A stretch of DNA of 63,954 nt, filler included, from Nemertoderma westbladi (GCA_032718475.1; 4 parts of 4 records of this genome joined end to end with filler, not necessarily neighbours in it); one strand, 5' to 3'; shown: positions 12,035-26,093, numbered from the whole stretch's first letter. The notes: generated by a model from the letters alone, not told the origin. A program made the numbers and translations.

Positions 12035-13210
12035 GGTGTTCGGACACCCCCCCCCCCGGACAGTTCCCCCCGCTCAAGTAGGACACTTCCCCTCCGGACA
12101 CTTCCCCCCCAGACACTTACCCCCCGGACACTTCCCCCCGACTGTTCTTAACTTCGCACAATCGTATTTTTCATTTTGTAAGGTAAACGGACCGCTTGTA
12201 TACAGACAAGTTGTATCCAATTTTCCTTTTGTAGCTCAGAAAGTGATCTTTTGCATCCCGATTTTACATTTTATATCCAAGTTTTATTTATGGGTTTTAT
12301 CAATGCAATTACATCGTATTGTTTGCTAATCTTTAAACAATTAATTAGATGACCTATAAATTCAATCCCCCGAATGATATACTGTTTTTATTAACTATAG
12401 AATTATAATAATTAATTGTTTTAATTATAGGTATTATTATGTAATAGTCTTCTTCAAATTGTAGCAGACTGGGATGAATATTATTATTGCAATCAAAACT
12501 ATACCTCTCCAGGGTAAAATCGGCATGCATCGACCTGTATTCTGTGTTCAGCATTACATATTGATATACAGATTACTATACATACTATATAGATATTATA
12601 CACACTACATATTAAATTTCCTGGTTACTTGCAATATTTTTAATAGGATTTTGTTGAATTATATAATATTGTGTAGTAATTTATATATTAATTTGGTTAA
12701 CATTTAATACAACTCCTACTTTAGGCTTAGTCGATTTATTATCTTATGATACAAACATGAATTGATTATTTCAAAACGGTCTCAAAATCTTTCACCACAG
12801 GCACACAGGGAAATGCCGGGGTTTGGGGGCGGCAGCCCCCAAGAAAAGAAGCAGGGGTTTGGAGGCGGTAGCCCCCAACAAAAGAAGCGGGGGTTTGGGG
12901 GCGGCATCCCCCAAATAAAAGAAAAACAAATAAAATTTGACTATAAAAATGTTTCTTTTATAATTTAAAAAAACTTGTCTAGATATAACTTGTCCTGTAA
13001 CCATCTTTAACTTTTGTGTATTGCTTTGATGCACCCAGAATAATTTTAACACTTTAACTGGGGGGAAGTGTCCGGGAGGAAGTGTCCGGGGGGGAAGTTT
13101 CCTACTTGGACGGGGGGAAGTGTCCGGGGGGGAACTGTCCGGGGGGGAAGTGTCCGGGGGGGAACTGTCCGGGGGGGAAGTGTCCGGGGGGGGGGGAGTG
13201 TCCTAGATCC
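12035..13210. mobile_element. Non-autonomous MULE, family A copy 2 (inside the FReD intron)
   Basis: Same termini and body as 192-1253. Perfect 9-bp TSD gggagtttg (12026-12034, 13211-13219). Confidence 0.9.
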
Positions 13211-13440
13211 GGGAGTTTGATGTTCATAACATTTTACCCAGACTTGTTGTTTTGTCGCGGTTTTGACTGAAGATCAGTCAGACAGTATCACTGTTATACT
13301 TAAGTGCGGCTACTGGGCAGAGCCATAAAGTTATGATGCGAACCTTTAGTATTTAGCATATTTTCTATTCACTGGAAAGAATCACAAAGAACACTTTTTT
13401 ACTTAAACCAAGCTTGACAATAAAATGAATAATTTTTTAC

Positions 13441-15067
13441 CTGAATAGTAGTAGTAGCGTTTATAGTCGATGTACATGGCATCTCCCGCATTGCCGCCTC
13501 CGTAATTTAAGGCTATTCCTTCATTATCAAGGATCTTAAAATCACCATACCGAGCATAGTATTCACCGCCGTCCTCCTCCTTAAAATCAAACCGTAAAGT
13601 AACCCGATTTCGTCCTGTCACCTTTTGTAAGAAATTGAAACCAATCCAAAACTCTTTACTCGGATTTCCGAATCCATCCCTATATTCTCCCATGCCGCGA
13701 TCGAATGATAGTTCTCCACTGTTACGTTTCATTATTAGCACCGAAGGACCGTCGCCGCCTGTCTCAATGTCACAAATATCTTGAATGTTATATATCACTT
13801 TCACCGTCTCCATTCGACCTCGAGATAGAAAGGACTCGCATTTTTCATATAAACTGTCCTCAAACAATTTTTTGTTAAAATCCTCAATCTTTTCTTCTAT
13901 TAGTTGTTGAACTTTCTCCTGCTTTCTCTCTATTCTATCTCTAATTGTATTCGCTAGACTAAACTTAGCTCCATCCAACGACACTCGTTCCTTATCTTGT
14001 TGCATTAATAACTCGTATTGTTCGGCTTTTTGTTTAATAAACGTTGATTCTATCGCATTATGTTTACCATAAATGGACATTGTGCACCAACTTATTTGAG
14101 CCACAGCGAATATAATTAGAAAAACAAGAAGAACTAATCCAAAACATATTTGTAGGAGAATTCCCATTAGTTCTTTAACAAGTTCTTCTGAAGTAGGTTC
14201 GCGTTTTGTATGTTTTTTTGTGTCCACTTTTCTAGTTATTTTTTGGGACTCATGGGATGTCCGAGTGGATTCACTTTCTTGATTTTGTCTCTATGGTTTG
14301 ACTTTGGTCGTCGATAAACCTGTAACCTTACCGCTCATTCGTCTAGGTTGAACTTTACTGCAGTTAGTCTCTCTTCTTTCTTTTCTGTTAGATAACTTTG
14401 CGTCGACAGTTCTTTGATGATAATTCACTTCCCTTTCTATGTCAACCACAGTTCTGTTTAGAGACCCCTGAGTATGTTGGTTTGACACCTCTCTGCTCTC
14501 TCCTATAGGATTGGGACTTGGGACTAGATTGGGTGACACCTCTCTTTGTGGGGATCGGGACTTGGGACTCCATACGGTTGACACCTCACTTTGTTGGGAC
14601 CCAGACCTGGGACTCCATTTGGTTGACATCTCTCTTTGATGGGAACGGAACCTGGGACTCCATTTGGGTGATACCCCTCTTTGATTGGATCGGACCCTGG
14701 GACTCCGTTGGTGTGACACCACTCTTTGATTGGATCGGAACCTGGGACTCCGTTGTTGGTGTGACACCACTCTTTGATTGGATCGGAACCTGGGACTCCG
14801 TTGGTGTGACACCACTCTTTGATTGGATCGGAACCTGGGACTCCGTTGTTGGTGTGACACCACTCTTTGATTGGATCGGAACCTGGGACTCCGTTGTTGG
14901 TGTGACACCACTCTTTCATAGGATCGGGACCTGGGGCTCCATTTGGGTGACACTCCTCTCCTATAAGATGGTGACCTGGGGATCTGATATTGACTCTTTT
15001 CCGTTTCATTAACACTATCATTATCACTAAAATCAGAACCGGATATTGCACTTCCTCTGCGAGACAT
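13441..15067 (-). CDS. Type II membrane fibrinogen-domain protein, exon 1 (Ser/Arg repeat tail, TM, coiled coil, FReD) with one in-frame TAG
   Basis: ORFs 14291-15067 and 13403-14227 are in the same frame, separated by one TAG (14291-14293) and 21 open codons. Hydrophobic LLQICFGLVLLVFLIIFAVA. FReD motifs CDIETGG, SFDR....YRDGFG.P..EFWIG, LRFD, YARY..FKI, GNAGDAM. Donor CAG|gtaaaa at 13441/13440. Confidence 0.75.
14530..14950 (-). repeat. 45/48-bp coding tandem repeat (SPRFRSNQRVVSHQ(Q)R)
   Basis: About 9 units, 5 of them near-perfect; unit lengths are multiples of 3. Confidence 0.9.
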
Positions 15068-15432
15068 TTTAGCTTAACCTTCGCTTAAATGATACTAATT
15101 AGATCTAATACAAATTTTTTGAACTTTGTATCTTTTTTCCTATTTCAACAAGCCTTGAAATTATATTAAGCAATAATGTTATCAACCTGTTAGTTTATTC
15201 AAATGATAAAGTTGTATAACTAGTAACTTCCAATTCGGTTCAACTTTATTAGAATATAATTGAATAAAGCCTTGAAATGATGTTTAGCAATAATGTTAAG
15301 AATGTGCTAATTTATTCGAATGGTAAAGTAGTATAATTATTGACAATAGACTTCAAATTCGCTTAAGTTTATTAGAATAAAATTGTATGTCCTAGAACAA
15401 AAATATTATCTGTTCAAGAACAATATCTGTTA

Positions 15433-16950
15433 TTAGGAACCGAGAGGTTCATTACTGTAAGAATTGTTGGCTGATTGATTGACTGGCTGGCTGGCTAATC
15501 TATAGCCAAAACTACTCTAACGATTTTGATGAAATTTTCACAGCGGCTGGATACCGCGATTCTAAGGTCCCTGGTATGTTCCGCTATTTCGTCCATGAGC
15601 CGTGGGCTCGAAAAATAGACATAAACGAAAAAACGCCATAGGCGCAATGGTAAAATAACACCAATAACAGCTGGTGTCGTGATGAAAAATGGCTTATGTA
15701 ATGGATTTCTACACAAGGCTTAGTATAAATCGATGAGGTTGCCAAGATTATTGTACTTAGTACACCCATACTGTTTGTTTAGGCCCTAGGACACTCTGTC
15801 AAAGCAAATATTAACTGGTTGATTTAGTTTGTGGTTCTACACAGGCTTAGTATAAATCGATGAGGCTGCCAACTGGTTGGTTTAGTTTGCAATCTATTAC
15901 CGCCTCAGCTGAATAACTCTTCCCCCTGCTGAATGACTATTAGGTATACAGTGTATCGGCTACATTAATGCCAACATTATTGCAAAATGTTTTATTGTTT
16001 GATTACTCTCTGTCAGTCTCCCCTTCAGAACATTATATAGGAAATTTACTTTAGTTTACTCTACTGTGCCATTCAGCTGAATGGATTTGAGCGATTGCCA
16101 AGTTACAGAGTTGGATCATTCTCTGACCATAGGCAAAGACATCAAATCTTTTTAAAAATATACTTTTTCCATGTTTTTTTTTCTGACCAAAAATTTCAAA
16201 AAAAATTTTTCGTAGCCAGACTGCCAATCGATTCGCCATAAAAAATAACGCAAAAAATTTTTTTTGCAAAATTTTAAATTACTGTAAATTTTTGGCGACT
16301 GGGGGGGGTCAATTTTTTCCGATCCTCTATAACTCCGGAACGCTTTGTCCAAATTCGATGGGGTTTTCATTTTTCAACTTAATTCGATGTCCTCTTTCAG
16401 CCTATCCATGTTTCGAAACCCCAAACACCGCCGTTCCAAAATTAATTTTTTCTAGTTCTAGAATTTTACAAATTTCAAAAAAGTTGCAGTATTTTATTAA
16501 CGCCTTTACGGAATTCGATAGCGTTTTCGATTTTCATATTAAACGCAATATCCTGAATCTCACTAGCCTAGTTTCGCGTCACCAATGCCAAGACTTCATA
16601 CCTTTTGAGGAAAATTTTTCTAGAATAATTTTTATTTAATTACATTTATCGCGATTTCTTATTACTGGATGTACATGAATTGGTGGAGTTATCAATTTAT
16701 TAACTAAACACGATATCGCGCATCGCACCAGCGTGGTTACGAAATTCCAAAACGAAGTCTTCTCTAGTTGCAGGTCGATTTTGTTCTAGAATTGAGCAAC
16801 TAATAATAGAACGAATTTATTAATAATTATTGTATGAAATATGATTGTATTTTTAGATAATTATTAGTTCTATACTAATTCTCGTTGTCTCTTTTATTTT
16901 ATTTCAAATAAAAAGTCGGTTCCTTATCGGGCCGCTAGGCCCGTCACTAG
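15433..16950 (+). mobile_element. Non-autonomous Helitron/Helentron (HINE/DINE-1-like) element
   Basis: 5' ttAGGAACCGA with a GAACC-gaga-GGTTC hairpin and a short CTGA/CTGG microsatellite. 3' TCGGTTCCT subterminal inverted repeat, GGGCC-gcta-GGCCC hairpin and a CTAG end. Confidence 0.75.
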
Positions 16951-17180
16951 TTAGGAACCGAGAGGTTCATTACTGTAAGAATTGCTCGAGACTGGCTGAC
17001 TGACTGACTGATCTACAGCCAAAACTACTCTAACGATTTTGATGAAATTTTCACAGCGGCTAGATACCGCGATTCTAAGGTCCCTGGTATGTTCCGCTAT
17101 TTCGTCCATGAGCCGTGGGCTCGAAAAATAGACATAAACGAAAAAACGCCATAGGCGCAATGATAAAAACACCAGCTGGC
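16951..17180 (+). mobile_element. Second, head-to-tail 5' end of the same Helentron family
   Basis: About 220 bp near-identical to 15433-15660, starting immediately after the CTAG end of copy 1, then diverging. Confidence 0.75.
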
Positions 17181-17771
17181 ACTCATGAAAAATGGATAGA
17201 GATGGCCTAGTAATGCTAGTCTATAGGAATGGCCACCTAACAAGGAAATGCTTTCTGTGCCAAGTATTATCCTCACTCTACAACTCAGACAGTGAGCAAA
17301 CATAAGCTGTGGGCTTCTAATGTATTACATCATAAGCTGATTGCTCTCCCAATAGCCCTCACACACTCACTGAACCGAATGAAATCGAATATCTATTAGC
17401 TTAATGCGAATAGCTGGTAAGCTGAATGCCATTTTAGTTATTGTGTACTGTTGAGTGTAGAGTTGACTGCCATGTTGTATGTATTTAATTAAAATAATTT
17501 TCGTAGAGGGAAGTTAATTTGGGATTACTTTCTAACAGATATAAGCAAAGCTGTTCAATGGGGTGGGTCATGGGACCCAAATATAGTAGATTATGCATGG
17601 CAAACATTAATAAAATCATTCAGTCAACCTGTAGGGTATTTGCTTAGTTAACTCTACTGTGCGAAAAACGAATTTATAATGTTATCCATACTTCAGGTGA
17701 ATGAATTTTTAGATATTTGTACTGAAGGCAAGGATTTCTGATATAATTAAAATACAAGACAGGGGGGCTTG

Positions 17772-18022
17772 TTTCGATATATGTAGTTGCGCCCTTCTAG
17801 CAGCACGTGAGATAATCAAGTAATAGACACAATGTTTGACTTTGTCCCTTCGAGCAGCACGTGAGTTTTGCTTTGAACCTTCGATATATGTATTTGCGCC
17901 CTTTGAGCAGCACGTGAATTACATCAAATAATAGACACATTGTTTGACTTTGTCCCTTCGAGCAGCACGTGAGTTTTGCTTTGACCCTTCGATATATGTT
18001 TTTGCGCCCTTCGAGCAGCACG
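17772..18022. repeat. About 108-bp direct repeat (2.3 copies) carrying GCAGCACGTG motifs
   Basis: ttcgatatatgt...gcgccctt recurs at about 17772, 17880 and 17987. Confidence 0.8.
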
Positions 18023-18040
18023 GGGAGTCGACTCAGACCA

Positions 18041-18988
18041 AGCCGAGCCGAGCCGAGCCGAGCCGAGCCGAGCCGAGCCGAGCCGAGCCGAGCCGAGCCG
18101 AGCCGAGCCGAGCCGAGCCGAGCCGAGCGAGCCGAGCCTAGCCGAGCCTAGCCGAGCCGAGCCGAGCCGAGCCGAGCCGAGCCGAGCCGAGCCGAGCCGA
18201 GCCGAGCCGAGCCGAGCCGAGCCGAGCCGAGCCGAGCCGAGCCGAGCCGAGCCGAGCCGAGCCGAGCCGACCCGAGCCGAGCCGAGCCGAGCCGAGCCGA
18301 GCCGAGCCGAGCCGAGCCGAGCCGAGCCGAGCCGAACCAAGCCGAGCCGAGCCGAGCCGTGCCGAGCCGAGCCGAGCCAAGCCGAGCCGAGCCGAGCCAA
18401 GCCGAGCCGAGCCGTGCCGAGCCGAGCCGAACCGAGTCGAGCCGAGCCGAGCCGAACCAAGCCGAGCCGAGCCGAGCCGAGCCGAGCCGAGCCGAGCCGA
18501 GCCGAGCCGAGCCGAGCCGAGCCGAGCCGAGCCGAGCCGAGCCGAACCAAGCCGAACCAAGCCGAGCCGAGCCGAGCCGTGCCGAGCCGAGCCGAGCCGA
18601 GCCAAGCCGAGCCGAGCCGAGCCGAACCGAGCCGACCCAAGCCGAGCCGAGCCGAGCCGAGCCGAGCCGAGCCGAGCCGAGCCGAACCGAGCCGAACCGA
18701 GCCGAGCCAAGCCGTGCCGAGCCGATCCGAACCGAGTCGAGCCGAGCCGAGCCGAGCCGAACCAAGCCGAGCCGAGCCGAGCCGAGCCGAGCCGAGCCGA
18801 GCCGTGCCGAGCCGAGCCGAGCCGAGCCGAGCCGAGCCGAGCCGAGCCGAGCCGAACCATGCCGAGCCGAGCCGAGCTGAGCCGAGCCGAGCCGAGCCGA
18901 GCCGAGCCGAGCCGAGCCGAGCCGAGCCGAGCCGAGCCGAGCCGAGCCGTGCCGAACCGTGCCGAGCCGTGCCGAGCCGAGCCGAGCC
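18041..18988. repeat. (GAGCC)n pentanucleotide microsatellite, about 190 units
   Basis: Direct reading; variants gaacc, gtgcc and aagcc are interspersed. Confidence 0.98.
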
Positions 18989-19723
18989 AGTACCGTATTA
19001 CAAAATTTAGCAATGCAGTTTCTGTTACAGTCTGACAGTTTTGATCCTGCTAAAATTTTAGTTACCGGTACAGTTTTAGTTATAGCAGTATAGACCGATA
19101 GACTGATAGATACAATATATTATCCCACATACTGACAGACTGAACTGACGTAGTAAGCAGTCTTTTAATGATTGAAATAATGTCAGTCTCATCAAGACGA
19201 GGTGCAGTGCAGTCACTTACCCAATGAGAATGAGTCACTTTCCCAACAATATCACTCGTCAAAATAAAAAAGTTCGGCCTATCTAAAACTAAAAATGAGT
19301 CATTTTAATGTACCGGTACCGGTATTACCGGTACTGTAATGTAAACAAACATAATAATGTCCATTACGAAACTGCCTTCTATAGAGCGCTATAGGCAGAT
19401 AGGTAGTTGTAAGAAAGATGGACCCTCTCTATGGTAATATTTTGTAACTACTAGGCCTATACTGATAATACAATAGTATGTATGTATACTATGTAATGAA
19501 AGTTGCGCTCACAAGCTGACAAGATTATACACTACAGGCACGAGGCGCCCACATTTTATTGTACATCTTGTTTCTTGTTTCAGTCTGTCAGTGCTTGTGC
19601 TATTATCATTTATTGTTTTGGTTATAAAGGACTGCTCGTTTCCTTTAATTATTATTGCTACATTGTGTAATAATATACGGTAACGGTATGTTTTAATTTA
19701 TATTATAATTGTGTTGCTTACAG

Positions 19724-19880
19724 GTGACTTACGGTTTCCGGTATTGTCACGAGGGGTTCAATGCACCGCTGTTGCTGCTTACGCCGCTGGAATGGCTGCC
19801 ATATCAAACCCAGTTCTATGGAATACTGAGACGGTCGATTATATTGTCACTGGGGGAGATCAACTATTCCAACAACTGTC
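19724..19880 (+). CDS. Helitron protein exon: N-half of a VTD/peptidase C76-like deubiquitinase (not in the ORF track in this frame)
   Basis: cag|...|gtaagt boundaries. Translates (G)DLRFPVLSRGVQCTAVAAYAAGMAAISNPVLWNTETVDYIVTGGDQLFQQL, fitting the GD.RF...RG.QC...W....D.I...GD.L pattern. Phase-2 join in frame with the exon at 21241. Confidence 0.75.
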
Positions 19881-19959
19881 GTAAGTTTTTTACTACGGGT
19901 ACATTTTTATACCTATTTATAATTAATAATGATGTAACCCTAGACCTAAAAAAAACTCG

Positions 19960-20197
19960 GCCGTAGGGCAGGGATTACTAAACAAAGTGTGGCGACTTAT
20001 TTCCCGTGCGGTCCCCCCAGAACTATACTGGATACTCCCCGAGGAAACTCCAGTACCGTACTCATTTAGCTGCCCCTTATGGATGCAAGGTAGTAGAGAT
20101 GCGCCGAAAACTGCCGTTGCTCTCATGCTTGGATCGAACCCACGACCTCCAGAGAGAGGATTCCAATTCAATACAACCGCTACACCCTGGTGGAACC
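19960..20197 (-). mobile_element. tRNA-derived SINE in the Helitron intron
   Basis: Minus strand reads ggttccaccagggtgtagcggtt (A-box-like) ... GGTTCGATCC (B box) ... cagctaaatgagtac core-like motif. Confidence 0.6.
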
Positions 20198-21240
20198 TAT
20201 GACATCATTTTGCGGAATTTCGGATATCAATGCCATTGGCCCTAAAATATTCATAATTGTCCCTCGAATTTGAATCTCTATTCGTTGTAAACTGTGTTAT
20301 TTTATGACAAAACTGTCAATGAGGTTTTATATAATTTCGCTTATATAATACATTTATTTAATTTTCACTTTTTTACACTTAGCATAATAAAATGTGCTAT
20401 AATATTAAATTATCTCTGTAACAGTTATTGGTTTACCGTACAGGTAGAGTCCGGAATACAGTACATAACTTGGTCAGTTTGCTAACGTCTTGTAGATATT
20501 AGTTGGAGGGGCGGGGCATACCGCATACCCCCATATAAGTTGTAGTTGAAGGTACAGATGTAGATTTGATTTATTTTTAGCACCATATTATTCAGCCTTA
20601 TTTACCCCCTGCATTTTCGGATGAGTGTAAATTATAATATTATTATAATTAACTATAATAATATAATTAATAATTATTAATAAATAATGTTACCTTTGGA
20701 TTTAGTCAACCCCTGCTATTATAACTTTATACCACTGTTGTTATGCATTATACGCCATATCCTAAGGCACCGGTAATTATCTAGGTAATAAAATCTAAAC
20801 ATTCAATTACATTTAGATAAAACGTTTATCATTTGACTACCCCGACAGGTAAATATTTCAATTTTTGGCTTCAGCTATCCCCCCACACACATTACGTAAC
20901 GACGACAGTAACCAAATACCCCCCCCCCCCCCATACCAATCTTTATTAATGAGAATATTTCTAGAATATTTTTATTCGACATGCACCCTGCTTGGCGTTA
21001 TGTAATTCATGGACATCGCCTTGACGTTTCGTTTCTTCATTTCGTTTACACCTATTAATTGACCTATTATATAGGCTAGATATTGTTCCTTGAGCCAACC
21101 GTTAATGATAGTAGTATAAAGAACATATGCCGTACAGCATACGATACGAGCACTTATCCATATCTTTCATGGCTTCACCAAATCGTGTATGTGAAATTGT
21201 GTCAGCTGTAAACTTATTATTATTGTGACTTAATTTTTAG

Positions 21241-22930
21241 ACAATCTCCACTGGCTTTGCAACACCGCGATATTCCAGCGACGTTTACTGCCAAGGATCT
21301 CGAGGCTGAGTTTACGGTTTTGGATCTCATTGCTGGGGCGCCCAATCCCATCCCAGGATATGGTAACTTACTGCAGGGAGTTACCCAAGCCTTCCTGCGT
21401 ACCGATCTCGCCATTCTAACGTCATTCGATATAACGGTGATGATCGGTAAAGACTCTGACTCTTCGTTCTTCCTGTTCGACTCCCACGCGCGGGATGCCC
21501 AAGGTTTACCATCGCCCGAGGGCGTCGCTGCGCTAACCAATTACTCAACTATTGACGAACTTGTTGCCGGTTTCTATAGGGGAGTGCCTGGGAGTCTGCA
21601 AGATAACGCACAGTACGAGATATCGTGTGTCAGAGTCCGCGCCCAGTTTACGGCGGAATCGCGACGGCGTGCTGCTAATCGTGCGAGAGTAGCGGAATAC
21701 CGGATTAATAACCCGGAGACTCATCGCGAGAACGTTACGCGCAATCAACGTGTCAATCCGGAACCCCATCGTGCAAGAGTGGAGGAATACAGGGTTAATA
21801 ATCCGGAGATCCATTGCGAGAACGTTGCGCGCAACCGGATTAATAACCCGGAGACTCATCGCGAGAATGTTGCGCGCAACCAACGTGTCAACCCCGAACC
21901 CCATCGGAGGGCCGTTGCAGCGGATCGGATGAGGCGCGTTGCTGTAGGTAACGTCACCGATCCTCCACCAGTTACAGTGACTGTTCCAACTCTCGAGGAC
22001 AGAACACGAGTTTGGGACAAAATGACTCGGAGTTTGGGGGACGACGGAATGGGTCAACGGACCTGTTGCGTTTGCGACGAGTCCGTATTCCTGGATTCCA
22101 TCCATGAAATGTTACGTACCGGTAACGACAATAGCGAGTACGACCGGATGATTGGTTTATTCCAGAAGAAACTCACTCCCGGGAGCTCAACCAATTATCC
22201 CGCTTCGTTGATTAACCTATATTCGGTCGACTACTTGGATTCCCGTCTAAAGGACGTATTGTTGTCTCCCAGGGGTTTTAAGGTTGATCAGGATGGTTCA
22301 GTGCGATTGCGTATTTGTTCGACCTGTTTGAACTCGATCAAAAACGCAGTTATTAAGAAACCACCAAAACTCTCTATCGCAAATGGTTTCTTGTTGGGGA
22401 AAGTTCCTGCGGCAGTTGCTGACGCAACCGACGCCGAGTGGAATTTGGTTGTTCGCGCGACGCCGACCTGTAAGACTGTAGTTGTACGAGGCGGCGCGAA
22501 TAAGATGATGCAGTCGCATGTGTTAGTTTGGGGACAACCTGACACTCCGGCTGCAATTCAACTACCTCGAGTTCTGCAGGACTCCGTTTCGGCGTTTCGG
22601 GTGATTCTAGCCGGAGCGTTAACTTCAGTCCAACGTTTACTGGCTATGAAACGCTGCACCATCCGACGCGATAAAGTAAACGCGCTCCTTACGTTTCTAC
22701 TCGCCAATAACCGTCTCTACGGCGATGTGGAGCGCATTCAGGGGCGGTTAGATGAACTGCCCGCCGATGACATCCCCAGTTCGATGATCAGCTCTGTCGT
22801 CGATGAAACAACGGAAATGGAACTGGGGGAACCTACGTCGTCTCACACTCGCCCCGCTGATATTGTGAACGTCGCTGACCTAGAGGAGGGTGTCGAACGT
22901 ACAGACGCCTCTATATTCTCTTCTAACCAG
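21241..22930 (+). CDS. Helitron Rep/helicase protein exon: VTD C-half (FDSH), basic repeats, DUF6570-like region
   Basis: ttttag acceptor at 21240 and cag|gttggt donor. Motifs FFLFDSHARD, NPETHRENVARN repeats, CCVCD, LLSPRG, CSTC...PPKLSIANG, LPR, IRR.KV..LL.FL..NN.LY. Confidence 0.85.
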
Positions 22931-23106
22931 GTTGGTGTTTTTTTGTACTTTTAATAATCGATGGGCTGAATTAGTGTATTTGGTTTATTGTTTATATTTT
23001 TATTGTTTCACTATAAATTATTAATATGGATGTAAATTTGAATATTTCACTTATATCAGAGTCTAGCATGGTTAAAATGTCAGACGAATTTAGTTATTTT
23101 TCCGGT

Positions 23107-24058
<952 letters not shown>

Positions 24059-24764
24059 GGTATTCATTTATTACAAAAATGCATAACTTTCCTTCAATAT
24101 TCATAAATCAGGCAGTTACAGTTCCTAGATATAAAAAGCTGCTTCATAAAATTATTTTGAATATAAATCAATTCCTACGATTCATACTGTCCATCATTAT
24201 ACTCAGTACTGTTCTAACGAGTATGTTAAGACCAGGTCTGCAACATTTATTTCGCGTCTAAAACATTGTTTAAAGTACATAATGGAGCCGTATATGGCGC
24301 AGCTGATGAATATTTAACGCCACCCGCCACTATTGGGGAGGACATAGCATCTATTGACTCCGACTCTGTAATAGGTACCTGTTATTAATATATAGATGAA
24401 CACTTGACTTCTAGCATTGTGTATTATTGACATAAAATATTTTATTGTCACGGGGGTGTGTATTACAAATTTACTATTGTGACAGATGGGGGAGCTTGCG
24501 TGACACTTTGTGACAGAGATGGGAGGGGGGGGGGGGGGGGTGGGTGTCAAAAATCGGGGAAATTTACTTGACATACTTTATAAACGTCCCCATACTTATC
24601 ATGGGACAACTATTTGCTCTTTATTATATATTTATTTTTGCAGATCTAATCTGTCGCTTATTAATTGATAAGACGATTTTTGCTACAAATTATATTGAAA
24701 TGTAATGAGTAATTTTTTATTATTTTTTAATTATGTTTTTTTGGTTATATAATTATATTTGCAG

Positions 24765-25345
24765 GTGACGCAATCTGCAACGCAAGCGCAGATGTTACAA
24801 CGAATGGGGGGATGTGACGATGAACTTGTCTTACGGCGCAGTTCACATTTACTGTCTGACTGGAATTCAGAGACTCGGATGCTAATGTTCGCCAAGCAGT
24901 TTCCCTTCGGTTATGGCGACCCGGGGGACATCGCAGGCGTTGGGAATGTCGAAGGATTTCGTCATTTACTCCGGTTATCGACCCAACAGTTTAGCGATTC
25001 GGAATCTGTCCTCCGGGTTTTTGACATTCTGTCCCGCGAACAGGCACTGAGTAATACGTCTTTACGGTTGCGGAAATTCCCTGGCGTTTGTGCGAATATT
25101 AACTCGGTTACACGCGATGAACTCAAAGAATTCCTCGATAAGTCGCGTAATGAAACCGTTAATAACTCAGGGAACGCGCGATCGTTAATGACTCACGTGA
25201 AGATAGTCTCGGGAACTAAATGGGGATCCGATGAGCAACGAACACAGGAGCGGAGAAAGTTATACAACATGGTAACTAAGTTTGGTAACCCACATCTGTT
25301 CCTCACCGTTGCTCCTAACGAAATGGGATCCCTTGCGGTTTTTAG
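24765..25345 (+). CDS. Helitron exon: start of the Rep (Helitron_like_N) domain; gene cut off by the contig end
   Basis: tttgcag acceptor, phase 0 matching the previous exon. Motifs FPFGYG, RHLLRLS, WGSD..R...R..L..M..KFGNPHLFLTVAPNE (Rep motif 1). Donor AG|gttagt. Confidence 0.85.
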
Positions 25346-25401
25346 GTTAGTTTATATTTAATTAAAGGCGGGGTGTTGGGGGGTGGTGTACCTGGATTAC
25401 G

Positions 25402-25501
25402 NNNNNNNNNNNNNNNNNNNNNNNNNNNNNNNNNNNNNNNNNNNNTTAATTAATTAANNNNNNNNNNNNNNNNNNNNNNNNNNNNNNNNNNNNNNNNNNN
25501 N
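25402..25501. other. Artificial contig linker
   Basis: 44N + TTAATTAATTAA + 44N; identical at all three sites. Confidence 0.99.
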
Positions 25502-25507
25502 GCGAGA

Positions 25508-26093
25508 CACGTAGTCGGCGAGCCTTTGCATACGGTTCATATAGGGCAAATGGGGCATGTCCGTCTGTCTGTCTGTCTGTCCGTCCGTCCGTCTGGTAAA
25601 TGTTTGAACGCGAATTTCTCGGCATCGCTCGTTCGGAATTGAACCAAACTTAGTAGGTAAGTAGTAGAGAGAAAGTTTAGAAAGTTTGTAAAGTTTGGTG
25701 AAAAATCATGCAGTCTGACGTCAGCTACGACAGATTATGTGGTTTTTAGAAAATGTTAAATTTCTCGGGAAGGCCTCATTTTCCTGAGCTGAAATTTTGG
25801 TGGCCTGTAGAGAATCATGAAGTCTATCTTTTACGAAATTGAAAAGTTAAGACATTTAATTGGGGATCCGCTAGAGACTCAGAAGTAATGACATAGGCCT
25901 ACCGGTACGGTACTGCTGTACAGTGTTGCACTGGTAAGTACGAAATTGCAGAATAACAATTTGACACCACCTAGCGGATTAACATATGATTGTATATCGA
26001 ATGAATACATTTATAGCATGGGATATTGGGTCCAAACTAGACATGCCCCATTTGCTCTATATGAACCGTATGCCAAGGCTTGCCGACTACGTG
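25508..26093. mobile_element. Non-autonomous element with about 53-bp inverted repeats and an internal (GTCT/GTCC)n
   Basis: 25508-25560 is the near reverse complement of 26041-26093. A microsatellite follows the left repeat, a DINE/HINE-like layout. Confidence 0.7.

Noticed and set aside
12024-13270. PPGHFPP and GGKCP ORFs (also 1112-1348)
   Set aside because: Translations of MITE terminal arrays.
14518-15051. Alternative-frame repeat ORFs (GVPGSDPIKEWCHT; WDSVVGVTPLFDWIG)
   Set aside because: Shadows of the coding repeat; only the SR frame is continuous with the TM-FReD frame.
17924-19013. LGSAR/AEPSR ORFs
   Set aside because: Translations of the (GAGCC)n microsatellite.
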